Source: Anthoceros angustus
Lineage: Eukaryota > Plantae > Anthocerotophyta
Assembly (NCBI GenBank): GCA_010909165.1
Contig: MU008162.1
Coordinates: 1,240,001 to 1,304,000 of the forward strand
Length of the DNA stretch: 64,000 nucleotides
Direction of reading: 5' to 3'
Shown: piece by piece, positions 13,740 through 25,980 of the stretch
Position numbering within the stretch: the stretch's first letter is position 1
Layout: the number at the start of each line of letters is the position of its first letter
Notes under the pieces: model-generated
Told to the model about the DNA's origin: nothing
Seen by the model: only the letters and a program-made list of their open reading frames with translations
Databases searched by the model: none
Translations under genes and position numbers: made by a program

Positions 13740-14827
13740 CGCTGGTTGAATAAAGCCTCGTAATTCAATTAACTTATCTTTATGGCCTTCTTGTCCCATA
13801 TAAAATGTTTCGCGTGTGAACCCATAATAGAGGATGAATTGCTTGGTGAATAAAAACTTGTTGGATATTCTTTTGATGGATAGCCTTCGCCCGCTCTCAA
13901 AGTTGCTGCTTGCCATCCCTCCGATTAAATATTCTTCCACGTACCTCCCTTCCATACCGTGCCCGGTTCAACTAACATTCTCATTTATTTCGCCATATCA
14001 CCATTCAACCATGACATTTCTTGTTGCCTCCCTCAGTTTGGTATGCTCCCAAATACATATCTCGTTGTGGAGCTCCCAAGAATGCCTCCTCCAAAGAAGG
14101 TTTCATCCTTCTGTAGAGTGTACCTTCCACTTGATCCGCGTACCACCTCCAAGGTTTGTGTAGCACAAGGCCAATGTTGTTTTCCACACAAGAATCTCCT
14201 CTGGTCCACCCAAAGCTTCCCACCATAAAACTCCCTTGACACGGCCTAAGTTCCAAGACCGCCTTTAGATGAGCAAGGGCTGCATTGGAGATAATAGCAT
14301 CCGGCTTCCTTTTATCCCTCGACCGCAAAGGCGCCTGGCGCTGTATATAGTGTCCAAGGCACAAATTTCAAAACTCCAAACCCCTTCTGTTTCCCATCGA
14401 GGCGAAAGCCCACACGCTTGCTCCTCGATAATCGCTACAAACCCACGCCCTCTTCACGTGTTATTTTAAGCGCTGAACGATAGGTTGTTGTTTCTTTACT
14501 ATCGCCCCATGCGAGTCCTCTCGGCCTTGTGTAATGGGCCACATACGTAATGGAAGTTCGCCACTTACCAATACCTTGACGGTGTAGGAGTGTACGCTTG
14601 AAGATCTCCGACAATGCGGGAAGCGTGTGAGCTTTTATGTTTCAAGCTTTTGAGAAGAAGAAAAATATCTCGGTCGATCATGAGTATGCCCGACCAAAAG
14701 GAATCCCACTTTCACTTTTTCAAAAGTACCCATATCAACAAGCATGTTCAGATAGGCAAAAAGCAACTGGTTCTTATTCTCCCTGCATGTGTTGTCGAAC
14801 TGCAAATACAAAACTCTTAGCAGGACA
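13740..14827 (-). mobile_element. Decayed Sola-like DDE transposase (copy 2), 5' truncated by the adjacent repeat
   Basis: LYLQFDNTCRENKNQLLFAYLNMLVDMGTFEKVKVGFLLVGHTHD, followed by the conserved downstream FILYYGF block. Confidence 0.75.
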
Positions 14828-15454
14828 CAGTTAGAAGTACAGACCGCGTTGGTTATGGATACCTTAGCTAAACCCAGCGTGGTCATACCCTTTGGTATCT
14901 AGTACCAAGAGGTACAACTCTTCGCAACTGTGCTATAAAAGCCCACCTCTTGTAATCAATTGTATCAATTAGTAAAGCACTATCTTTGATCAAACGCTCA
15001 CAGCACCTCAAACTTGGTATCGAGCAAAGTTTGATTACTAAGTTCATCATGCATTATGATGTGAATCTAGATGTTCTTCTAATATGCAACGTCTTCTTAA
15101 TGCCTTTGGTATTTGTAATATGAAGCTTTTTATACTTATTTATAGTTTCTTATATTCAACCAAACATGTTTTCTAATAAAATAGTTTGGCTTCTTCTATG
15201 ATTAACCTTTATATTCATTAAAGTTTCATGGCTCATTGCCACTCTCTCATTCTTCATCTTATTCCGTCTTGCACTCTACTCATTCTTCCTTGCACAAAAC
15301 ATTGTTTCTTTATTGTTTTACATAAAGTTACAACATGGCAAGAAGAAGCAATCACAAGAGCTATCATGCAAGGAGAAATGGAGAATTAGAGAGGAGAAGT
15401 AGACGTAGAGTGCATCCTCGATGTTCTCATAACTATAATAGGCTGAATTCTACA
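14828..15454 (+). mobile_element. ~630-bp direct repeat copy 1: LTR-retrotransposon fragment containing a Met-tRNA PBS-like site
   Basis: Near-identical to 17129-17760. Contains TGGTATCGAGC (~15015), resembling the initiator-Met PBS TGGTATCAGAGC, followed by a short basic ORF start (MARRSNHKSY). Confidence 0.6.
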
Positions 15455-15954
15455 TTTTTCAACAACTTAGGGAGCAAGATAGCCTTCATGCTATCCAACT
15501 TCTTTCTTCAAAATGATTCTGACATCTTCGACAGAAAACCAAGCCATCAAAGGTCATCTAGACCTTGGTCCTCTAGTGGCGACACTGATTTGCTGCGATG
15601 TTGTGGAGATATTTCGAGCTCCGAGTATAATTCTGTTTCCTATCATTCTCACAACACGAACACATTCACCTTATATACTCCAACTACTTCAAAGCCATTC
15701 TCTACAAAATTTGGGGTCCGCATGTCTTGGAAAATGTGCTGCCCTGGGTGCGTACTTTGTCCGGATGCTCATTTTAGCTTTGGGAGTGGCGCCGTGGAGA
15801 TCGACAGCGGAATTCTGGTCTTTCACAGCGATGCGTTAAAAGTTTGACAAGGATCCGACACTTGTTCAAGCAGGGATTGATGGACATCGGATCCGAACTG
15901 GCCAGCCTGGCGCTCTCGATCCGCAGCCTCGCCTCCTCACAGCCGCCCCATGGN

Positions 15955-16140
15955 AGCGAGTGTTTGTGTAACGATGGGTTCCTGTTTACGAACACCAGGT
16001 CGCCATCCATGAGAAAGCGATACGCCACATCACCCATCTGGGGCTCCCAATCAGGATTCTTGGCTGTGGCTGTAATCTCCCCATCTCTTTCATAATAAGG
16101 CACGCCCCTTTTGCTAAGGATGCTTTGGGACCCAGATCCT
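15955..16140 (-). pseudogene. Isolated exon of an RNA polymerase largest subunit, NRPD1/NRPE1-like
   Basis: After a tttgcacag acceptor it reads ...WEPQMGDVAYRFLMDGDLVFVNRNPSLHKHS, the block preceding the DFDGD active-site motif. The HKHS ending is Pol IV/V-like rather than the Pol II HKMS. It ends at the single N at 15954. Confidence 0.65.
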
Positions 16141-17128
16141 GTGCAAAAGCCATAAACAAATAGTATACAAGCCAATAATAGCTATGGTAAGCCATAAACA
16201 ATTAGTATACAAGCCAATAATAGCTATGGTAGGGAAAAAGGTTGATATAGGAATTATGGTCGTGGTAGAGGAAGGAGACAATTAATGAGAGACAATTAAT
16301 GAGCATGTTAGTGTGATATCCGTGGCCATTATTAACAATAGTTGTGAAGAGAGAGTGCAATGAAGAGCAATAGGAAAACATTAACTAATTGTACTTCCAA
16401 TGGGGTGTAATAAAGAGGGGACTGATAGAGAAGAGAGAGAGGGTCCTTGTTACACTATGTTGCATTTGCATGAGGGAATTCATAAACAATGCGTATGAGA
16501 GAGGGATGTAGTTAAGAGGGTGAAGTGGTAGGAGAGAGCAAGGTTCGTGTTAAGATTGTAGGCCCAATGCGGAAAGAAATGACAAACTTAATACCAAGCC
16601 TCCAAATGATGTTGCAAGTTACAAGTGTAACATAAAATTGCAACAACGACTGTAACATAGGGGGCCATTTCTAGTAGGGTTGGATGGGCTTCTCTCCAAA
16701 GCAGCATATCGATGCAAATTCCTAGGTGTTCGAGGAACACCTCGCAGGACATTTGGCGACGACAAATGTCGACGTTTTCGTCTGCTGTCTGCAAGAGCAA
16801 TGTCCGAATAGTCAACGGGGATCACACCATATGGATTTTCAAAACGCCCATCATCCATTATAATCCGAAGGGAAGAAATCTAACCTTCATCATCCCTACG
16901 GTCTTCTGCAATGGCAAAATGCACACGACGGGTTGCGACAGATATCGATGATGTGGCGGCCTGTACAGCTAGCCTCTTCCCTTCTCTTGTTTTCTGTGAA
17001 GCACGCGGACATTGGGAAGGCATGTGTTGATCCCAAAGATGATCCTGATAGCCGATGAACCCAGAATCAAAAAACAACTAAACTTAGAATCCTAAAACAA
17101 ACCTAAGGAAAGGAAAACGCAATGCAAT

Positions 17129-17760
17129 CAGCTAGAAGTACATGCATGCGTTGGTTATGGATACCTTAGCTAAACTCAAATGGTCATACCTTTGGTATCT
17201 AGTACCGAAGAGGTACAACTCGCACAGTGCTATAAAAGCCCACCTCTTGTAATCAATTGTATCAATTAGTAAAGCACTATCTTTGATCAAACGCTTCCGC
17301 AAAGCACCTCAAACTTGGTATTAGAGCAAAGTTTGATTACTAAGTTCATCATGCATTATGATGTGAATCTAGATGTTCTTCTAATATGCAACGTCTTTCT
17401 TATGCCTTTGGTATTTGTAATATGAAGCTTTTTTATACTTATTTATAGTTTCTCTTATAAACAACCAAACATGTTTTTCTAATAAAATAGTTTGGCTTCT
17501 TCTATGATTAACCTTTATATTCATTAAAGTTTCATGGCTCATTGCCACTCTCTCATTCTTCATCTTATTCCGTCTTGCACTCTACTCATTCTTCCTTGCA
17601 CAAAACATTGTTTCTTTATTGTTTTACATAAAGTTACAACATGGCAAGAAGAAGCAATCACAAGAGCTATCATGCAAGGAGAAATGGAGAATTAGAGAGG
17701 AGAAGTAGACGTAGAGTGCATCCTCGATGTTCTCATAACTATAATAGGCTGAATTCTACA
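17129..17760 (+). mobile_element. ~630-bp direct repeat copy 2 (LTR/PBS fragment)
   Basis: Near-identical to 14828-15454. PBS-like TGGTATTAGAGC at ~17316. Preceded by purine run aaggaaaggaaaa. Confidence 0.6.
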
Positions 17761-18183
17761 GTTTGAGGATGGGCACAAGTCCCATAGCTCACAATCACAG
17801 TTTCCTTGGAGTAGTCAGTTGGCTTGGGGAAGGACAAAGGGGCAGAAGGCCCACGCTCATCATCTGAATATGCAAAGTCAAAAGGAACCTGAACAGGCCT
17901 CGCATAGCAAGAGCGGCCCTCACGGTAGGACGCGGCAGAGTAGAAGCACCCATTTCAGCCTGAGGGGCAGGTGCAGCGGCAGCAGCTGCTGCAGCAGCGC
18001 TTCTGTTGCTGAGAAATTCTCTTGTTGTGCCACGTGGTCGACCTCAGGCGCCCGCTCCGATCTCGCAACCTGTTAGAGCCTATTGCTGGGCAACCGTCAG
18101 GTGAAGTGAACCTCCCCAGGTGGTCACGGACCTGGCGCCTCCTCTTGGGCGGCGCAGTGGTCACTGAAGTCAACACATCGTCC

Positions 18184-18251
18184 GATTCTTGAGATGGCGT
18201 CCGACACATCTGAAGTCAACTTCAGATGTGTCGGACGCCATCTCAAGAATC
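18184..18251. repeat. Perfect palindrome, 33-bp arms with a 2-nt spacer
   Basis: gattcttgagatggcgtccgacacatctgaagt-ca-acttcagatgtgtcggacgccatctcaagaatc. Confidence 0.97.
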
Positions 18252-18619
18252 AAGAACCTTACTCTCAGGAGTATGTTTAGAATGAGGCTCAGGGCGTAAC
18301 ACAAGCTTAAATAGGCAGCGCACCTCATCTCTAGCACGGAAATTCCCATTGAGCTCATCATGGATGAAGCGTAAGAGCACAACACAGTACAAGATGCCGC
18401 AACCCAGCAGAGCAGCTCAACCACAGTCTCACGAGTAGCTCGCAGGAGCAGAGACTGTCCTTAGGCTATGATCACTTCATCAAGTGGGAGTGAAGAGATA
18501 TAGTGATGAATGTCATACCTGGGGTTAAGTTATTAGTGCTTGGGTGATTAATTTAAGTTAAGTCAGGCTTAATACCCGTTCGTTAGGGTTGCGTCCCTTA
18601 GTGAATAGACGTACCTTTT

Positions 18620-20300
18620 CATTTTAGTTAAGTTGTCTTTTCATGCTTTGATCTTTAATCTTCTTGTTGATAATATATACACAATGTATTTATTCTGATT
18701 TAATCCACCTACAATTCGATGTAAATCGTCAGCAAATACATTGGAATGGCGATAGACAGGATGGACCAAAGCAAGACGGAGCTCCCACATTTTCCTGCCC
18801 CTCCAAAGGATTTTGCAGATGGGCTTATTCGGGTCCATGTTGTGGGTTGTTTGGTATACAACAACATTATGAAGACCGGTGTTTGTGAACTTCCGAATAT
18901 TCGAACGACGCCAACTTAACTATTCATATCATCCGTGATGTTATTCTCACATATGACGCTCGTCAAGACGCTTTTAATTGCAACTGGACAACACGGCGAG
19001 AGAAAACAAGAATATGTTGTTGTTTGCATACTTAAGTATGCTTGTCGAGAAGCGGTCTTCGATAAGGTGAAGGTGGGTTTTCTTCTTGTGCACGCATGAT
19101 GCGATGATCAAATGTTCTCATGCTTTTCTAAAAGTCTGCACAAAAAGCAATGTCACCAAACCCTTATGAGTTTGATTCATCGTGCTTATACACCCAATCC
19201 GAAGTGAAAATGGTTTCCAAGGTGGCCGATTTCAGGAGCTTTGTCTGGCCCAATGGGATGGGTAAAAGAGGGACACGAGATGCAGCGGTAAGGAATTTGC
19301 ACAATCATAGTTATCAACATCAATTCAAAATTTCAAGGGAAGAAAGAGCTGGCGGAGCCACTGTAACAGTTCTTCGTGGCAAGGCACTTTCTACTTGCTC
19401 ACATTGGGAACCGTTGGAGGGTTTGGAGTTCCTTCGGAGAATACCTGAAACAGAAATAAGGGGAGCGCCTTTATGTCCACTTCAATCGATAGCTCATGGA
19501 TGCGCACGCATAAATCATTGAGAGCCATTAGGAAAGCCCTCGAAGAACCGATGCAAAAATATCTATCTGTGGAAGACAAAGTATGCTGAAACTCGTTCTG
19601 GGCATCACAGTCTGATATTTGCGACAAAATCAGAGGAGGAGTCCATCGAGACCTTCAAAAAGCATGGGAGTGGTACAACTGGGACGAGGCTGAGCGGAAC
19701 TTAAATCCTATCGATGTTCCAGATGTCTTTGTCCGCGCCGCCCATGAACCTCGCAAATCACACATGTATCTCGGGAATTTTAGGCCACCGGGAGCCGCAA
19801 CCATCGAGTTGGCGAGATTCGATGGGGATGTGTAATGATCAAACGAGGCCATATGATTGCAGTCCCATGTGAGACAGACGATCAGAACAGGCCTTTCTCG
19901 ATTGCATAAGTCGAAGACTTGGATTTCTTATGTGACGAACCTTACCTAGTTGTCCAGTGGTGGGTGACAGAGAATAGCAATGCGTTTGAGGGAAGGTACC
20001 TACTAGAGGAGATATTGGCTCCACACAACAGTGATAGAGAGGGTTTGCGACAACGGAGGAAGCGACCAAAGCATCTGGATCGACTGTTGATATCGGAGAC
20101 ATTTATTTTGGCATACGGGTTCTCCTTTGCAAGGGATAGCACTCTACAAGTCCGTACACAGGAGCTCATCAAGACAAAGCTGTTCGAACTTCAACATCTA
20201 CCAGCCGTGGAAGAAGGTAATAGGATTGAAGATAACAGGGCAGACCACCCAGTTCCAGAGAGGGTTGCATTGGAGGAAAATGCTGATTCGGATGAAAATC
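18620..20300 (+). mobile_element. Decayed Sola-like DDE transposase (copy 3, most complete)
   Basis: IDRMDQSKTELPHF, NDANLTIHII, QLDNTARENKNMLLFAYLSMLVEK, KVKVGFLLV..HD..DQMFSCFSK with frameshifts. The downstream ORF has YLVVQWW...FILAYGF. Confidence 0.75.
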
Positions 20301-22574
20301 CCGAAAATAAGGGTGCTGTAGTTCGACAAGCGGGCGCTGATGATGAAAGACATCCGACTTCCAGTTCAGCACCAATCGCAACAAGAACCCGCGGCAGAGG
20401 CAACGGAAACAGGACTGTGTGGGTAACAAACATGAAATTTGCGAGTGAAATGCCTAAACTAAGTGGTGAATCACTAGTCCGTAAATGTCCCCAGTTGTTC
20501 TAATTATTCTAATGATCCTTCATTAATATCAAAATATCACATAAATTCATATTTGGCTAAATTGCCTTATTTCTTGTAACATGATAAACATGCTTTTGAT
20601 GTTGTGTTGTTGTACCTTCTAGCACATAGCGTGTAAAAATTAACCTTCTATCTATCAACCTAATAATTAATATATATATGCATCTTCTTCATCTAGGCCC
20701 TCCGCTTTGCGCTTTCTTAAAGCTAACCGCAATGCCACTGCAAGTTATTGAAGATTTTACACACAACAAAAGACTTGTGAGCTATAAAAATGTGTGACTC
20801 CCAATTAACCTATGCTCAAATATGCGTAATCAGCTAATTATGTTTAGTACATGTACCTACGATTGTCTCGAGCTCTCGCCCTGGTTTGTCTAGAGGAAAC
20901 CCTTCCATAAGTGCATCCACCCGGCTTTGTATGTGGTAGGGATCCTCATCCGGGGCCAATTGCAACTCAGGCTCATGTGTAGGAGCTATTTTCTGAATTT
21001 TTTCCATCCTTGAAATTTCTCAAATGGTGGTTGTGGTGGCTCCAAAGGCGATGCGGCAACCTTATGAATTGCTTCTCCTCTTGAAAATGTCTCAAATGGT
21101 GGTTGCGGTGGCCCCAAAGGCGGTGCTGCAACCATATGAGTTGGTTCTCCCTTGGAAATAGAGGAAAGTGACAAAACCGCAATATGCCCCGTCACGACAA
21201 CGATAACATATAATAGGTGGCCGAGATGAACCACGCACATGCTGCAATTGTGGTCTCCGTGCCTCCATATCCTTACGCGTAAAGCCTAGCTCTTGCGTCA
21301 AGTCCGTCCTTTGAATGAAGCTCGTCAATTTCCCTCCTTTGAGACTTGAGACGTGGGACTTGATTTAGTTAAGTGGAATAAAATTCTTATTCTTCTTTTT
21401 AACATAGAAAGAAGTAAGACAAGTCTACATATATAGTCAATATTATTGGATATTCAATATTTTTAGTGTAATATTTCAAAGACCAAGGCACAATTCTTCC
21501 TTGGACCTTGGACCTTGGACCGTGTAAAAAGGTAGAAGAAAAGTGAGTACCGATATACTATATTGTATGTCAAAGGCCAAGGATAGATATCATATTTTTA
21601 AAATGATTATGATCTATCTAGAGTTTGTGTTAGAGAAATTAGGAGGACAATCCTCTCCTTTTCTGGATATGTGTTGTCCTTACTATGTAGGCGCCCAAAT
21701 TCTCACACATAAAATCTTGCGCGCACAATAACCTTTCAATAAATGATAAATAATAAATTATTTTTATACTTAGAATATTACTGTATAATATCTATAAAAG
21801 ATATTAACTACTCTCTATGCTTCAACATAGACCTGAATCTTTGACCACCTATAAAAATGTTCTATTGTATATGCATAATCTCCATAGACTTGTTGGCAAT
21901 GATTTGCAAGTCTCGAAAGGAACTGGTGCTTTTGAAGGCATGTTTGATGATGATCCGGCACAAGGTCACCGTCGAAGGAGACGGAAACACCGTAGAGGAT
22001 AGAAAGGTGATAGGGTATTCTTCGTAGCTTTAGGGCATAGGGTAGATAGATGAGGTGTGTCTATGTGGACGTCCGCTGATTTGTGCAACTTCTTATGTCG
22101 TCTGGGCTTCCGCCACATCCACAGACCTCCAAGAAGACATATTTCCTCAGTCGAATGATATATTTCGCACTCGTTTTGCCTTGTGCGCGCACAAGTTTGC
22201 GCATACCCTTGTTTAGGCGCACACTTACGCGCGCCTAGCCCCCACTTGGTATACAAAAACATATAGAACCACACAAATTGCGTAAACCATCGATGCCGAA
22301 ATTATGGAAGAATTCGGTCACAGGCCCTTCATCACACCGACAAATTATCCATGAACACGAGTGCAAGGCGCCACCGCGGTGTAAATGACCGGACAGGAAG
22401 TGGTGCCGGAGCCGAGAGTGCCCGAATCCGATGTATGAACACCTACAAAACTCAACAAAAACCAACCCAGCTTCGGTTTTCGGCGGAATAGGGTTGGGAT
22501 TTGTTCCAAAACCCCTTTTGACAGGAGAAACCCCTTTCAGAACAGACGCTGTTTTTGGCTTTACGCAAACCACC

Positions 22575-22850
22575 GAGGATTCCGTCGATGTCCCGCCGTT
22601 CTAGGATGCACTGGAGGCGCCATCAACTTCCCCGTCGCTCAGGGGTGCACAAGAGGGTTTGTTGATGTCCTCACCGCTCTGGGGTACCATAACGGAGTGT
22701 CCGTTGATGTACTCGTCGCTCTGTGGCCCACTGAAGGGTCGCTGGACCTCCTGCCATTCTTGGGCGCAACGGAGGATCAGTTGACCTCTGCACCATTCTA
22801 GGGCACATAGGAGGGTCGATCAACGTCCTCGCCGTTCTGGAGCCTCTTGG
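22575..22850. repeat. Degenerate ~39-bp tandem repeat, about 7 units
   Basis: Recurrent gagg(g)tc..ttgatgtcctcgccgttctgggg pattern at ~39-40 bp spacing. Confidence 0.6.
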
Positions 22851-24117
22851 ATGGTTGAATAATTAAGCTTATAAAGCTAAAGAATACTAGTGACAATAAT
22901 TTCACAAGTGGTAGCATGTCTAAGACGACAATCATTGTTACGAAACTCTATATGTAAATCTTTTTAGGCATGCAGCAGGAATAAATATTATGTTTGTCTG
23001 AAGTCTTGGAACTGGTGAATAAGAGAAATGAGAGAGTTTTTGTATCTGGCTAAACATAAGGAGGTTAGTACTTTGCACAGGTTGTCTTCATAGCCACGTT
23101 TATGGAGAACAATGAAAAATCACTTGACACTTCGATTCTTGCAAGAAGTGAGCAAGGGTTTGGTCAATCTTAGACTGGCACTCAATGACATAGACATACA
23201 CAATAGCAGACAAGCGGATTGTAGTTTTGAGTCCACCTGTATGATTAGCGAATGATTGTCTGGCATGCCTCTTCCCTGATGGATGAAAGTGAAATGTACC
23301 CGAGAGGCCTACAAGCTGAATAATACCTACAAGCTGAATAATAGGAGCACAGATTACAACACTTACCAAACTTTGCACATGATCATAGCATTGCAAAACA
23401 TGAGCAGTAAGGTGGTTAGTCAGCAACTGAAAGGTACAGTGACCAAGAAAACCATCAATCACATTGTGAACGGCAAACGAAAGCATGCCATGTTCCTGCA
23501 AGGAGAGTTGTTTATCATTTTCTTGCCCTCCTCCTTATAGCAGGAGGGGCACATGCACCTAGGCACAACTTGCAAGGGTCCAAGGGGCACATGCACCTAG
23601 GCACAACTTGTAAGGGTCTAAGGGGCATATTTTTTCTGTGCCTCTCGTTCCATGTCTAATCGTCTTTTACCAGCAGGTCTACTTGTCAAAAGGTATGTAG
23701 GCTTGTACTTTGATACTATATGCTTAGGCCTCCACTTAGCTTTGAGACAAAGCTTACCCGTAGAGCACAAAAGCTTCTAGAACGTGGAAGGGACGCGCAC
23801 TCCCTTCCAATATTTTCATTCCCCATATTCGATAGAGACTTAAGTGTATGTTGTAATCAGTTACTTTAGCACATTGCTAAGCCTTATAATCTAAACGTTT
23901 TTCTTCACGAGAAAAATGAGCACAAACAATTACCCTAGGTACGAAACATAGATATTTATGTGAGTGCCCTCTATAAGTGAGTGAGCAACCCTTTAGATCC
24001 TAGAATACTATAATATTAATCCTATAAATGCTTTATGGACCCTAGAAGTTATGGTAAACTTGATCCTAAAATAGGGGCATTGAACTTCAAATTAAAATAG
24101 GGAACAAAAGTTAGATA

Positions 24118-24190
24118 CGCCACCCGGGGGGCTCGAACCCCCGACCACAAGGTTAAGAGCCTTGCGCTCTACCAACTGAGCTAGAACGGC
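24118..24190 (-). tRNA. tRNA-Lys(CTT)
   Basis: GCCGTTCTAGCTCAGTTGGTAGAGCGCAAGGCT-CTT-AACCTTGTGGTCGGGGGTTCGAGCCCCCCGGGTGGCG, 73 nt. A and B boxes intact; T-run shortly downstream. Confidence 0.95.
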
Positions 24191-24789
24191 CAGATGCTCA
24201 CCATGGAAGGTCAAGCTTTATACATCACTTCCAAAACCAACTGGCACACCTTCACCGCGACATGCCATCAGTCGGGAAACTCGAACTCTTGAGACGTGTT
24301 TGATCCATTCGCGCACAGAAATTCGTGGGTTTATGGTACGTCCGCACGTATCGGTCCGTACATCACTCTCAAGGGCCCGCCTCCCAGCTGCTGGCGACAA
24401 TGGCGCTGTGCTGGCAAATCCATGGCCATGTTACGGCACCATGCCAATGTCCGTGCTGTCCAATTCCACCTATCTCACCAACGTCTTCGTCCCGCCTCCC
24501 TTCTGCAAGCTCGTCAACCTCCAGCAGGAAGGCGGGCTCGAGTCCGGGGCCGTCCCTGCCTACGTTAGCCAGCTCTTCATTTTTTGATATAATATATCAT
24601 CAATAGTTTGAATGTATTATGATTTTCAATATTATATATATCATTATTTATGATTCAAGATATAAATATGAACTAATTTTTATATTTTCAAAATTTTATA
24701 TTATACATAGATACTTGAGAAACTTGAATGTCTTGAGATAAAGAATTGAAGATCAATTCATTACTCGTTGAGAAAAGTTAAAAAGCAGG

Positions 24790-25980
24790 AGGTTCACGAT
24801 TCATAGTTCATAGTTTGTAGTTCATTGTTCATAGTTTGTGGGTCATAGTTCGTAGTTCATAGTTCGTTGTTCGTTGTTCGTTGTTCGCTGTTAGCTGTTC
24901 GCTGTTAGCTGTTCGCTGTTCGCTGTTCGCTGTTCATAGTTCATTGTTCATTGTTCATTGTTCATTGTTCATTGTTCATTGTTCATTGTTCATTGTTCAT
25001 TGTTCATTGTTCATTGTTCATTGTTCATTGTTCATTGTTCATTGTTCATTGTTCATTGTTCATTGTTCATTGTTCATTGTTCATTGTTCATTGTTCATTG
25101 TTCATTGTTCATTGTTCATTGTTCATTGTTCATTGTTCATTGTTCATTGTTCATTGTTCATTGTTCATTGTTCATTGTTCATTGTTCATTGTTCATTGTT
25201 CATTGTTCATTGTTCATTGTTCATTGTTCATTGTTCATTGTTCATTGTTCATTGTTCATTGTTCATTGTTCATTGTTCATTGTTCATTGTTCATTGTTCA
25301 TTGTTCATTGTTCATTGTTCATTGTTCATTGTTCATTGTTCATTGTTCATTGTTCATTGTTCATTGTTCATTGTTATTGTTCATTGTTCATTGTTCATTG
25401 TTCATTGTTCATTGTTCATTCATTGTTCATTGTTCATTGTTCATTGTTCATTGTTCATTGTTCATTGTTCATTGTTCATTGTTCATTGTTCATTGTTCAT
25501 TGTTCATTGTTCATTGTTCATTGTTCATTGTTCATTGTTCATTGTTCATTGGTCATTGTTCATTGTTCATTGTTCATTGTTCATTGTTCATTGTTCATTG
25601 TTCATTGTTCATTGTTCATAGTTCATAGTTCATAGTTCGTTGTTCGTAGTTCATAGATCACAGTTTGTAGTTCATAGATCATAGATCGTAGTTTATAGTT
25701 CATAGTTCATAATTCGTTGTTCATAGTTCGTGGTTCGTGGTTCGTGGTTCGTGGTTCGGAGTTCGGAGTTCGGAATTCGGAATTCGGAGTTTAGAGTTTG
25801 GAGTTCCTATTTGGCAGTTCGTAGTTCGTAGTTCGTAGTTCGTAGTTCGTAGTTCGTAGTTCGTAGTTCGTAGTTCGTAGTTCGTAGTTCGTAGTTCATA
25901 GTTCGTAGTTCGTAGTTGGGAGTTGGGAGTTGGGAGTTGGGAGTTGGGAGGAGTTGGGAGTTGGGAGTTGGGAGTTGGGA
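24790..25980 (+). repeat. 7-bp satellite: (TTCATTG)n core with variant flanks TTCATAG, TTCGTTG, TTCGCTG, TTCGTGG, TTCGGAG, TTCGTAG, TTGGGAG
   Basis: Read directly; homogeneous core ~24940-25618. Confidence 0.97.

Noticed and set aside
14828-17760. Intact LTR retrotransposon
   Set aside because: The PBS-like site lies inside each repeat, TG...CA termini and a TSD are not evident, and no RT or integrase is present.
20990-23630. Short local duplications (72 bp at ~21020-21150, ~38 bp at ~23545-23625; also ~42 bp at 16149-16231)
   Set aside because: Ordinary slippage duplications in decayed TE DNA with no further structure.
24881-25635. Three long FIVHCSL-repeat ORFs
   Set aside because: Artefact of the stop-free (TTCATTG)n repeat being open in all three + frames.
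24790-25980. Interstitial telomere array
   Set aside because: The unit is 7 bp but is not TTTAGGG or a G-rich variant, apart from a few terminal TTGGGAG units.
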